The notes beneath the pieces were generated by a model. The model was not told the DNA's origin. It ran no database searches and was given only the letters and a program-made list of their open reading frames with translations. A program made the position numbers and the translations under genes. Shown one piece after another: positions 8,277 to 16,483 of a DNA stretch of 64,000 bases; within the stretch, counting starts at the first letter, position 1, and each line of letters starts with the position of its first letter. Source of the stretch: an uncultured Thermotogae bacterium (GTDB lineage Bacteria > Bipolaricaulota > Bipolaricaulia > RBG-16-55-9); the NCBI GenBank assembly GCA_964567595.1, contig CAZMNF010000005.1:305-64304 (forward strand). Direction: 5' to 3'.

Positions 8277-10133
8277 TCACTCTCCCTCTGCCAATGACAG
8301 GAAATAGGCTCGCACGAGGTCTCGGACCTCGGGCGGCAGATCCCGGGAGCGCAGCAGCGTCTCCACGCGATCGGGATTCAGCTCCAGCTGCCGTGAACCG
8401 TCGCCGGCGGGGCTGCCGCTGACGTCGAAGGGAACGCCGCGCGTCATCTTGGATTGTAGGGTCTCCATGTCCTGCGGAAGCTCGGGCGACTCGATGCGCA
8501 CGTCGTTGGCGGGCTCGTTGTCGGTCGACTCGGAGGGTCCCGCTTGATCCTCACCAGGGCCCATGCCGGGAGCGGATCCGCCCGACTGGCCGGACCCGTT
8601 CTGTTCGCCCTGCGATTGGCCCTCGGCATTTCCGCCGTCGGCCCCCTCGATGTTCCCGTCGCCCGACGCCGAACTCTCGGACGATTCGGACGAGTCGCCG
8701 CTCCCCTCCGATTGGCCTTCGGACTGGCCCGTGCCGGACGTCTCGCCTTGCTGGTTGCCCGAGGAAGCCTGTTGGCCGTTCTCACCTTGGCCCGATTCGG
8801 CTTGGCCTTGTTGCCCCTGTGAGCTGGCCTGTTCGCCGGACTGGGACGACTCGTTCCCTTGGGAGGCTTCGGACTCGCCGCCCTCGCCCTCGTTCGGGCC
8901 GGACCCGCTCTCGGAGCGCTGCGGCCCATCGGCCTCCTGCGACTGGGGTTGGCCGTCGCCGTCACGCTGACTCTCCGGCGGGTTTTGGCTCTGCGAGGGC
9001 TCCTGCGATGAGGCCTGTTGGCCCTCAGCTTGCCCCTGTCGGGTTCCGTCGGCATTGCCGCTGGAGCGACGTTGACCGTCCGAACTGGGCGAGTCGTCGC
9101 GCCCGTTGTTGCTTTGTTGGGCCCGTTGCCGTCGGCGATCCAGCTCGTCCATGGCGTCCTGCATGCGCTGCTGCATCTCATTCCGACTGTCCGACTGTGA
9201 GGCCTGCTCCAGGAGTTCCTCTGTCGAGGGTGACCGTGCCTCCTGTGCAAGCTGGTCCAGTTCGCGCTGGGCGGTCTCCAACGACACGTTGCCCGCGGCC
9301 ATGCGCTGTTGGATGCTCTGCAGCTCGCGCCGGAGCTCCGCCGCGCTCATGCGCTCATTTTCGCTCGCATTCCCGGATGAAGCTTGCGATCCCCCTGACG
9401 GGTTGCCTTCGCCGGAGGACGCATTGGCGCAATCGCTGCGAGCATTGGGCCTCAACATCGTCGTGGAAGCCCCGCCGTCGTCGTCGCACGGCGAGGCGGT
9501 TTGAGCCTCAGATGGATCGGCAGCGTCCGAGTCGCCGGATGATGTTCCTGGCGAGCTCCCGGCATCCGACCTTTCGTCCGGCGATGCCACAACCGGCTGG
9601 TCTCCGCCCATCCCCGATGCCAGCAGGGACTGCATCGACAGCGGGGGCACGCCGACGACCCACATCGCCAACAACGCCGCGGCGGCCACCGCGACGCCGC
9701 CGAACGCGGCCCAACCACGGCGCTGGCGTCGGCTGGGCCGGAGCGCTCGTTTCGGGTCGGGGTCCGTGTGGCCGATTTGCTGGTAGAGCAGGGGCAAATA
9801 GGGGTTGCGATCGTCGCGCTGGCGAATCTCGTGGATCGTGGCCAGCTTTTCGCCAAGATCGTAGCTGCGGTCGAGCCGATACAGGTCCCGCTGCAGCTGG
9901 ATCGGCCGCCGTCGGCCCAGCAGGCTTCCGATCCACAGCCCGACTCCGTTGCCGAGGATCAGCAACCACCATGGCTGAATCAGCGACATCAAGCCGAGAA
10001 AGACGCCGATCAAGTGGGCCAGCGTCAGCGACATGGTGATCAGGCCGCCGACTTGCGCCCCCGCCCGAGCATTGAGCTGCCGACGGCGTTTGGTCACGGT
10101 CTTTTCCACGATCTTGAAGCTACGATCGTTCAT
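8277..10133 (-). CDS. Uncharacterised membrane protein with about 390-aa acidic S/G/Q/E low-complexity region
   Basis: Two or three N-terminal TM helices, a long disordered tract and a conserved-looking tail LPPEVRDLVRAYFLSLAEGE. Overlaps the upstream gene by 14 nt and lies 4 nt from MoxR. Confidence 0.7.
   Translation of the reverse strand: MNDRSFKIVEKTVTKRRRQLNARAGAQVGGLITMSLTLAHLIGVFLGLMSLIQPWWLLILGNGVGLWIGSLLGRRRPIQLQRDLYRLDRSYDLGEKLATIHEIRQRDDRNPYLPLLYQQIGHTDPDPKRALRPSRRQRRGWAAFGGVAVAAAALLAMWVVGVPPLSMQSLLASGMGGDQPVVASPDERSDAGSSPGTSSGDSDAADPSEAQTASPCDDDGGASTTMLRPNARSDCANASSGEGNPSGGSQASSGNASENERMSAAELRRELQSIQQRMAAGNVSLETAQRELDQLAQEARSPSTEELLEQASQSDSRNEMQQRMQDAMDELDRRRQRAQQSNNGRDDSPSSDGQRRSSGNADGTRQGQAEGQQASSQEPSQSQNPPESQRDGDGQPQSQEADGPQRSESGSGPNEGEGGESEASQGNESSQSGEQASSQGQQGQAESGQGENGQQASSGNQQGETSGTGQSEGQSEGSGDSSESSESSASGDGNIEGADGGNAEGQSQGEQNGSGQSGGSAPGMGPGEDQAGPSESTDNEPANDVRIESPELPQDMETLQSKMTRGVPFDVSGSPAGDGSRQLELNPDRVETLLRSRDLPPEVRDLVRAYFLSLAEGE
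8456..9626 (-). repeat. In-frame low-complexity coding tract (imperfect SGQE/GQSEG-type repeats)
   Basis: Translated tract such as ...ESSQSGEQASSQGQQGQAESGQGENGQQASSGNQQGETSGTGQSEGQSEGSGDSSESSESS... The repeats are irregular and there is no spacer periodicity. Confidence 0.7.
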
Positions 10134-10842
10134 AGGCCCTCCTAACGGAAATCGTCAGCGCGAGGCCGAGCGCGATCCAGACGAGCGCACCCTGCAAGAG
10201 CAGCCCCCACGCGTCGACACCTTGCGCCATGAGCCCGTCCAGCGTCCGGAACGGCCCGATGATGCCGACAACCGGCAGCTGTTGGCCGACGCCGGCCAGG
10301 ATGAGATACGCAACAACCCCCCCGTACTTGACGTTGAACCGCACGATGTCCGACCAAGGCGCCAGCTCGAGGCGCCACCCGGCCAGGCCGAGCATCAAGC
10401 CCCAGAGGCCCAAGTGCACAAGCACGAGCGCCAACACGGCCAACGATCGGACGTGGGCCATCATGTAGGCGGCCCAGTACGGCAGCGCCAGCGCCAGCGC
10501 AAACAGCACGCGCACAGCAAGGTGCCGGAGCTGACCGCCAAAACTGAGTCGCGCCCCCCAGCGGCGCTCGGCTTGGCCCATGGTCAGGGCCAACACCCCG
10601 AATAGCAGGCAGAACAGCGCCGTGTAGATCGCCAGCGTATTACCAACTGAGTCCCAGGCGATCTCGCCGATGCGCTGTTCCATGGGCAGGGCCAACAGCG
10701 CCACGATGCCGGTGAAAATGACGTACGTGATCGTTGCCGACCACGTGGCCCGCTCGATCAGATAATCGGGCTGAAGGCGGGGCATCCCCGCGCGAAACAG
10801 CCTCGCCACTCGACTGCGATTCGGCGTCACATCGTCCGTCAT
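10120..10842 (-). CDS. Polytopic integral membrane protein, unknown family
   Basis: About six hydrophobic helices in 240 aa. The ATG lies 1 nt after the upstream stop, consistent with operon membership. Confidence 0.65.
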   Translation of the reverse strand: MTDDVTPNRSRVARLFRAGMPRLQPDYLIERATWSATITYVIFTGIVALLALPMEQRIGEIAWDSVGNTLAIYTALFCLLFGVLALTMGQAERRWGARLSFGGQLRHLAVRVLFALALALPYWAAYMMAHVRSLAVLALVLVHLGLWGLMLGLAGWRLELAPWSDIVRFNVKYGGVVAYLILAGVGQQLPVVGIIGPFRTLDGLMAQGVDAWGLLLQGALVWIALGLALTISVRRAYERS

Positions 10843-10843
10843 G

Positions 10844-12748
10844 TTACCAAGGTGTCACCAGCAACAGTCGCCACGTCTCGCGATACTCCTCCGGTTGAAC
10901 GTCGAAGCCAGGCTCACGTATCCACGCCAACAGTGCCCAGGGGTCGCCCCGCTCGCGCAGTCGGCGATCGACGGCGTTGAAAAGCGTCCGCTTGGCTGCG
11001 GAAGCGAACCCACCAGGGGGGCGACCCTCGCTGGCGTCCCATGGCTTCGCGGTGGCCTCCGCGTCGTCCAGATTGATCACAGCCTGCGTGTCGGGAGCAA
11101 TCGACGTTGTCGAGCCGGTTGCGTAATCGCCCTGGTGCCATACCAGCGGCTGTCGAAGCTGAGATCCGCTCCCATTGTAGATGCGCACTCCGTCGGGTTC
11201 GACACTCGAATCCCCTGTCGGCTCCGCGCGCACATCCAGACGACGGACCGATTCCAGGGCCACGTCGTACACCTGCCGGGGCACAAGCGTTGCTGATCGG
11301 GGCTCGACGGCGGCTCCCGCGTCCGTGATGGCGATGTCGGTCCGTCGCAGCGGGAGGACGGCCGTGTCGGTCGGCAGCGTCCAACGCGGGGTGAGACGAC
11401 GCTTCGGCATGGCGCTGTGGCCGGTCGCCTCGTGCACCAGGCCTGATCTCGCGCTGCCCCACATGATGCTGGCTTCGAGGGCCTGGACTCGCTCGGAGAA
11501 GGCGGGCTGGCCACTATAGCCGACCACGAACGCTGCCGCCAGCCCGATCCAGATCACCATGCCCACCCAAAGCCGATGCCATTCCGCCTCGTCGGATGTG
11601 CCGTCGTCGCTGGACGCTGTCGATGCGTGGAACCGTCCACCGCTCCTCCACGGCGTCCGCCGCAGGGCCCAGAGCAGGAGCAGGCCGATGCCGAGCACGT
11701 AGGCCGTAAACGCGCCCGCGACGACGACCTTATCGGGATAGTACAACGGCATGCGACGGAACAGTTGCGCGCCCAATTCGAAGGGGCCCTCCAGCTCCGT
11801 TCGCCCCGGTTCCAGCCGGGACCAGATCTCGGCCTGAGCAGGGCCGGTCTCGGTGAGCGACAGCGCCGAAAATGACACTTCGCCCCGCCCGACACGCCAG
11901 CGCGTCAACAGCGGATGCCCGTCGTCGGCGTAGACAACTTGGCCTTTGGCTTCGCCTTGGGCCATGCGGGCGCCGAACGCCTCCGGTGACGCCACCGATT
12001 CGACGCGGAACGGGCTGAGCTCGTTCAGCCAGTCCGCATCCTGGCGATAGGCGTTGCCGCCCGAGAGAACAACGAGCTCGCCGCCGCTGGTGACCCATCG
12101 GCGAATCGCGGCCTGCTGGTCCTTGGAGATCTGGGTCACATCCAGACGGCCCAAGTAAAGTCGCTTGACGCCGCCGTACGCGCGCCAGTCTTGGGGCAGA
12201 TCAGCGGCGCTGAGTTGGATCGTCGTCTCGCCGGTGGGCAGCTCCTGGAGATAACCCGTATCGCTGGCCATGAGAACCAGCCCTCGGCGGCGTTTATCAT
12301 CAAGGGCCACATCGCGGCGGACAAGCGCCTGCCCCTTCGAGCGGAGGACAACTGACAATTCCGGAGAATCGCCGTTGGGCGGAGGATCGCCGTACAGCGG
12401 CTGATGGAACGTGTAGCGCAGCCGCGCCTTCGGCCCGAGCGTCACGGAGCGCTCCCCTTCGATCGTGCGGGACGCCTCCATCAGCGGACGCCACGTTTGG
12501 CGGACGATCAGCCGCCCGTCGATGGGCACCCCCTCGTGGTCGACCTCAACGGTAATGGGCGCGGTCTCACCGGGGACGAAGGCGCCCTTGAAGCCCACGC
12601 TGACCTCGAGCGAGGGCCCCGATTGGGCCAGGATGGACGGGCTTGGAGCGAGACCGATCACGATCCCGAGGAGAACGACGATGAGGCCTTCCGCCGTTCG
12701 TCGTTGTCGTCGAGCCCATCGCCATCTCAAGCCGTCGGACACGCTCAT
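10844..12748 (-). CDS. Uncharacterised secreted/membrane protein (first gene of the MoxR operon)
   Basis: ATG 12748 (MSVSDGLRW) preceded by a GAGGAGG SD. Signal/TM helix, extracytoplasmic domain (GGELVVLSGGNAY segment), two central TM helices and a second soluble domain. Confidence 0.7.
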   Translation of the reverse strand: MSVSDGLRWRWARRQRRTAEGLIVVLLGIVIGLAPSPSILAQSGPSLEVSVGFKGAFVPGETAPITVEVDHEGVPIDGRLIVRQTWRPLMEASRTIEGERSVTLGPKARLRYTFHQPLYGDPPPNGDSPELSVVLRSKGQALVRRDVALDDKRRRGLVLMASDTGYLQELPTGETTIQLSAADLPQDWRAYGGVKRLYLGRLDVTQISKDQQAAIRRWVTSGGELVVLSGGNAYRQDADWLNELSPFRVESVASPEAFGARMAQGEAKGQVVYADDGHPLLTRWRVGRGEVSFSALSLTETGPAQAEIWSRLEPGRTELEGPFELGAQLFRRMPLYYPDKVVVAGAFTAYVLGIGLLLLWALRRTPWRSGGRFHASTASSDDGTSDEAEWHRLWVGMVIWIGLAAAFVVGYSGQPAFSERVQALEASIMWGSARSGLVHEATGHSAMPKRRLTPRWTLPTDTAVLPLRRTDIAITDAGAAVEPRSATLVPRQVYDVALESVRRLDVRAEPTGDSSVEPDGVRIYNGSGSQLRQPLVWHQGDYATGSTTSIAPDTQAVINLDDAEATAKPWDASEGRPPGGFASAAKRTLFNAVDRRLRERGDPWALLAWIREPGFDVQPEEYRETWRLLLVTPW

Positions 12749-12785
12749 CGGTCCTCCTCGTCCGGATCGACACGGATGAAAGGTT

Positions 12786-12814
12786 AGATTAAGGCTCGCT
12801 CCGCGAAGCGTCAA
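12786..12814 (-). promoter_or_regulatory. Sigma-70-like promoter for the MoxR/vWA operon
   Basis: Minus strand reads TTGACG-17 nt-TAATCT, about 38 nt upstream of ATG 12748 with a GAGGAGG SD in between. Confidence 0.5.
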
Positions 12815-12908
12815 CCGCTTTCCGGAGCCTCTCGTCCCCTCGCATATCGGCTCTTCCCAACGGCTCAGGCCGAATCGGTTCCCGCGCTGCTCGCCCCTCG
12901 GAGATCGA

Positions 12909-12939
12909 TTGACAGGGAGGCCCCTCGACCCCGTATGCT
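12909..12939 (+). promoter_or_regulatory. Candidate promoter for rtcA (near-leaderless)
   Basis: TTGACA-19 nt-TATGCT, with the -10 ending 9 nt before ATG 12949 and no SD. The 19-nt spacer is suboptimal. Confidence 0.35.
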
Positions 12940-12948
12940 GGATGCCCC

Positions 12949-13986
12949 ATGACCAGCGATATCATCGAGATCGACGGGTCGAGCGGGGGCGGATCCATTG
13001 TCCGGCTGGGCGTCGGCTTGGCCACCGCTTGCGGCCAGCCGATCCGGATCGTCAACGTCCGGGAGGCTCGCAAGAACCCGGGCCTCAAGGCCCAACATCT
13101 GGCCGGCGTCCAGGCCGTCGCCGATCTGTGCAACGCCGAACTCAATGGGGCCGAGATCCACTCACGCGAGTTGACGTTCGCCCCCGGATCGACGTGGACA
13201 TCGAAGGTCAGCGTCAACATTCCGACGGCGGGCTCGGTGGGGCTAGCCTTGCAACCCATCCAGCTCGCCATGCTGGGTGCTGATCGGGACGTGACTGTGG
13301 AGGTGCAAGGGGGTGGGACCATTGCCAAGTGGGCCCCACCGTTGCCCTATCTCGCCCACGTCACGCATCGCGTCCTGGCCGAGTGGGGCCAACCGATCGA
13401 AGTGTGGACGGACCGCCACGGCTTCTTTCCCAAGGGCGGAGCTCGTGTCCGGGCCCAACTTTCCCCGCCCACGACGGGCGATCCGCTGGAGGTGACCGAC
13501 CGAGGCCGTCTCAAGCGGATCGAAGGTCGATCGCTGGCGAGCGAGGCACTGCGCGAGCGCGAGGTTGCCGAGCGCCAAGCGCAAGCCGCCGAAGCCGAAC
13601 TCCGCGAAGTACTGTCGGAGACGCCCGTCTACGTCGAACCGGGCTACGTCGACACGGCCTCCATCGGGACGGGTATCGTGCTCTGGGCGGTCTTCGAGCA
13701 CACCGTGCTCGGCGCAGACGCGCTGGGCAAGAAGGGCAAACTGGCCGAACAGGTCGGCGGCGAGGCGGCCCGGCATCTCATCCGGGAGATCGCGTCCGAC
13801 GCCACCGTCGACGTCCACCTGGCCGATCAGTTGATCCCCTACATGGCCCTCTACGGAGGGACGTTGCGCTGTCGAACGTGGACGGATCATCTTGAGATCG
13901 CTGTCGAGGTGGTCGAGCGGATGACGGGGGCGACGCCGGACACCCCCGTCGAGAACGGACTGCACACGATCTCGTTTGGGCGTTGA
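12949..13986 (+). CDS. rtcA: RNA 3'-terminal phosphate cyclase
   Basis: N-terminus IEIDGSSGGGSIVRLGVGLATACGQPIRIVNVREARKNPGLKAQHL matches the RtcA family. 345 aa. Confidence 0.85.
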   Translation: MTSDIIEIDGSSGGGSIVRLGVGLATACGQPIRIVNVREARKNPGLKAQHLAGVQAVADLCNAELNGAEIHSRELTFAPGSTWTSKVSVNIPTAGSVGLALQPIQLAMLGADRDVTVEVQGGGTIAKWAPPLPYLAHVTHRVLAEWGQPIEVWTDRHGFFPKGGARVRAQLSPPTTGDPLEVTDRGRLKRIEGRSLASEALREREVAERQAQAAEAELREVLSETPVYVEPGYVDTASIGTGIVLWAVFEHTVLGADALGKKGKLAEQVGGEAARHLIREIASDATVDVHLADQLIPYMALYGGTLRCRTWTDHLEIAVEVVERMTGATPDTPVENGLHTISFGR

Positions 13987-14007
13987 GACGGGCGATCCCG
14001 GGGTCGT

Positions 14008-14553
14008 CTAATACGGCCCGCCATCGTCGTCATCGCCGTCATCGGAGGCGGAGTCGGACGGCACGACCTCGAGGAGGGCGTTCATGCCCCGCTTGAAGTG
14101 ATCGCCGGAGGTGCCATGGCCCACGTGGCAGCTCAGGTTGAACGTGAGGCTCTGGCCGTCCGCGACCGTGAGCAGCTCGGGCGTGAGCTCGATCTCCAAC
14201 GACTCGCCCGGCGCCACCGACCGAACCGTGTCCTTCCCCAATGTACCGTCCTCGAGCGCCTGATCGTTGAAGAGCGGACTGACCACCTGATGCCCAATGT
14301 TGGCGGTGTTCTCGAAGACCAGGGTGGTCGTCTGATTGTTGTTCAACTTGGCCACGACCGTCGGGGTCTCCGTCGAGTCGGATCGACCCTCCGGCCCTTC
14401 GAAATAGAAGCTGCCCAGCTCGATCGTGATCCGGTCGTCCGCGCCTTGGGCCTGGGCTTCGGGGCCCAACGAGGGACCCAACACCCAATAGCCGGCTGCG
14501 ACGGCCGCCAGCGCGACGACAAGTCCTATCCCCGTCCAACGACGGATGTTCAT
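14008..14553 (-). CDS. Secreted cupredoxin-like protein (candidate type-1 Cu site)
   Basis: Start at ATG 14553 (MNIRRWTGIGLVVALAAVAA signal anchor) with a GGAGG SD. Candidate Cu ligands in NIGHQVV and SCHVGHGTSGDHFKRGM. Acidic D-rich tail. Confidence 0.6.
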   Translation of the reverse strand: MNIRRWTGIGLVVALAAVAAGYWVLGPSLGPEAQAQGADDRITIELGSFYFEGPEGRSDSTETPTVVAKLNNNQTTTLVFENTANIGHQVVSPLFNDQALEDGTLGKDTVRSVAPGESLEIELTPELLTVADGQSLTFNLSCHVGHGTSGDHFKRGMNALLEVVPSDSASDDGDDDDGGPY

Positions 14554-14602
14554 GGCATCGACCTCCAAATTCCTTGCTGCTTGGCCAGAATGAACGCGGA
14601 TC

Positions 14603-14645
14603 GCGGGGTCAAATCTCAACCAACCGCCGGTCAACCCGAGGTCAA
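14603..14645 (-). promoter_or_regulatory. Four phased direct repeats (11-bp register) upstream of the cupredoxin gene
   Basis: Minus strand reads TTGACCtcggg TTGACCggcgg TTGGTTgagat TTGACCccgc. The proximal repeat ends 53 nt before ATG 14553. Confidence 0.55.
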
Positions 14646-14664
14646 CGAAGCGCCCTGCGGGGCC

Positions 14665-15324
14665 CTACTGGAGATTGTCAATCCACGCCAGAATGGCCCG
14701 TGCGCTGCCCTGGGTGGGCTGATCGACTTCCTCGCGGGAGCCGAGTGCGGCGATAAGCATCGCTTGGGCCTGTCGAACGTGCTGGGCCGCGCTCTCCGGG
14801 TCGTCTTCGGCTCCATCGAGGGCCTTTGCCAAGTTCCCGACGGCCCACTGGAGGAAGAGGTCCACGTTTTCCGCGGCGATCTTATAGTCCGTTCCCTGCG
14901 ACATGTCGTCGATGATGGCGCGCATCCGCTCGGCATGGACGAGCGCGCCGACGCCATCGCCGACGCCGTCGTCGGAATCGCCGTAGGATGGGTCGTAGTG
15001 CTCGCCGTCTGGGCCCTCGAGAACGTTGAGCGCGCGATGGGCGTTGGTCATCCCGCCTTCGATGTCCTCGCGTTGAAGGGCATCCCAGGCAAACAGAACG
15101 TAGGTCAGTGCCTCCGAGGTCTGGGCAATCGTGTCGTTGGTTTGGGTCTTCAAATTTTGCAGCGTCTCGTCCGTTGCGCCATCCCATTGCGACACGGACA
15201 TGGCGCCCAGGCCGCTCAGCGACAGCGCGAGCAAGAGCCCAACAACGATCCCACGATGGGGCCAGCGGCGTCGTGACATGGCAATCTCCGCCTCCTTGTC
15301 CAGGTATCGAGTCTCTGCGGTCAT
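14665..15324 (-). CDS. Hypothetical exported all-alpha protein
   Basis: ATG 15324 overlaps the regulator stop as ATGA (translational coupling). TM/signal segment IVVGLLLALSLSGLGA. No recognisable domain. Confidence 0.6.
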   Translation of the reverse strand: MTAETRYLDKEAEIAMSRRRWPHRGIVVGLLLALSLSGLGAMSVSQWDGATDETLQNLKTQTNDTIAQTSEALTYVLFAWDALQREDIEGGMTNAHRALNVLEGPDGEHYDPSYGDSDDGVGDGVGALVHAERMRAIIDDMSQGTDYKIAAENVDLFLQWAVGNLAKALDGAEDDPESAAQHVRQAQAMLIAALGSREEVDQPTQGSARAILAWIDNLQ

Positions 15325-16322
15325 GGGGCATCTTCTTCGCCGTTGGTTGAGGACGAGCCTTGTAGGGCGAGCTTGTAGCCGAACCCGCGCACGGTGACGA
15401 TCAGCTCGGGACGGCCGGCGTCGCGTTCCAACTTCTGACGCAGGAGATAGACGTATTGCTTGACGTCCTTTGACGTGGGCGCATTCGCGTTCTGCGACGC
15501 CCAGACTTCCTCCAGGATCTCGCGGTTGGAGAAGACGCGGCCGGGCTCGGAGGCCAAGAGCCGAACCAAGTCGTATTCCGTCGGCGTCAACTCCACGACA
15601 TGGTCGTCAACGTAGACCTCCTTGCCGCGCGGATCGATCTGGAGGGTGCCGAGGCGGATCCAGTCGTTGTGACTGGCCGTGCTTGCTCCATTCGCTTGGG
15701 TCGGCTCGATGGCTCGGCCCGAATCGGACGCGGGGACCGCATCGGCCGCGCGCGGACGGGTCCGAACCAGATAGAGCCCAGCGGCCAGGCTGACCGCCAG
15801 AACCAACGCGAGCCCGACGCCGATCGTCAACAACGCTTCGGACTGGAGCGCACTGTTCACGCGCTCCAAGGAAAAGCCGATGCGGACGTAGCTCGGTTCG
15901 CTCGACCCGCTCGAGCCGTTCTGCCCGTCGAGCGGCCGAACCAGTTCGAAGTAGGTCAGTCCACGCTGGAGCGTGCGTTGGCGGCGCTGGCGTTGGCCCG
16001 GATTGTCGGTGACCTCGAGGTCGGCATCGAGGACGGACTCCGTGCGATCTTCGGCGATGACGACGCCGTTCTGAACGACCTGAGCAAAGAGAACGTCGCC
16101 ACGCACGAACGCCTGGGTCAACGTTTGCAAGCGGGTCTCGTCCGAGGCTTGGCCGACCGACTCGGTGAAGATCTGCGCGGACAGCGCCGCTCGTGACTCG
16201 AACTGGGCACGGAAGCTTTCATGGAACCGAGAGAGGTGGAGTGCGCCCAACACCGTGGTCAGCACGAGCGTGAGCCCCACCAACAGTGTCGCCCAGATGG
16301 CGGACCGACGCCATCGCTTCAT
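15321..16322 (-). CDS. Transmembrane one-component regulator with C-terminal OmpR/PhoB-type winged-helix domain
   Basis: ATG 16322 (MKRWRRSAIW) after a GAGGGGG SD. TM1, then about 165 aa extracytoplasmic, then TM2 (LLTIGVGLALVLAVSLAAGLYLV). C-terminus LTPTEYDLVRLLASEPGRVFSNREILEEVW...VRGFGYKL is Trans_reg_C. No kinase or receiver domain. Confidence 0.8.
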   Translation of the reverse strand: MKRWRRSAIWATLLVGLTLVLTTVLGALHLSRFHESFRAQFESRAALSAQIFTESVGQASDETRLQTLTQAFVRGDVLFAQVVQNGVVIAEDRTESVLDADLEVTDNPGQRQRRQRTLQRGLTYFELVRPLDGQNGSSGSSEPSYVRIGFSLERVNSALQSEALLTIGVGLALVLAVSLAAGLYLVRTRPRAADAVPASDSGRAIEPTQANGASTASHNDWIRLGTLQIDPRGKEVYVDDHVVELTPTEYDLVRLLASEPGRVFSNREILEEVWASQNANAPTSKDVKQYVYLLRQKLERDAGRPELIVTVRGFGYKLALQGSSSTNGEEDAP

Positions 16323-16420
16323 GGCCCTTTTCCCCCTCTTGGCTTGCGAAACACCGAATATGCTACCGGCTCTTGCAGATCCGGACAATGGAAAGCTTGG
16401 GGAGCGCATCTCGGGGGAAG

Positions 16421-16460
16421 CGGGACGCGGTCGACGGGCTATGCGGCCGACCGCGTCCCG
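16421..16460 (-). terminator. Strong 13-bp GC hairpin between the CHRD gene and the regulator gene
   Basis: cgggacgcggtcg-(14 nt loop)-cgaccgcgtcccg, a perfect 13-bp stem starting 24 nt downstream of the CHRD stop. No U-tract follows. Confidence 0.45.
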
Positions 16461-16483
16461 GGGTCTAAGGGGTGGTCACCTCG

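Noticed and set aside
8456-9626. Repetitive DNA, considered as a possible CRISPR array, tandem-repeat element or mobile remnant
   Set aside because: The repeats are short, irregular and entirely in frame within one ORF, encoding S/G/Q/E low complexity. There is no repeat-spacer periodicity and no flanking cas or transposase genes.
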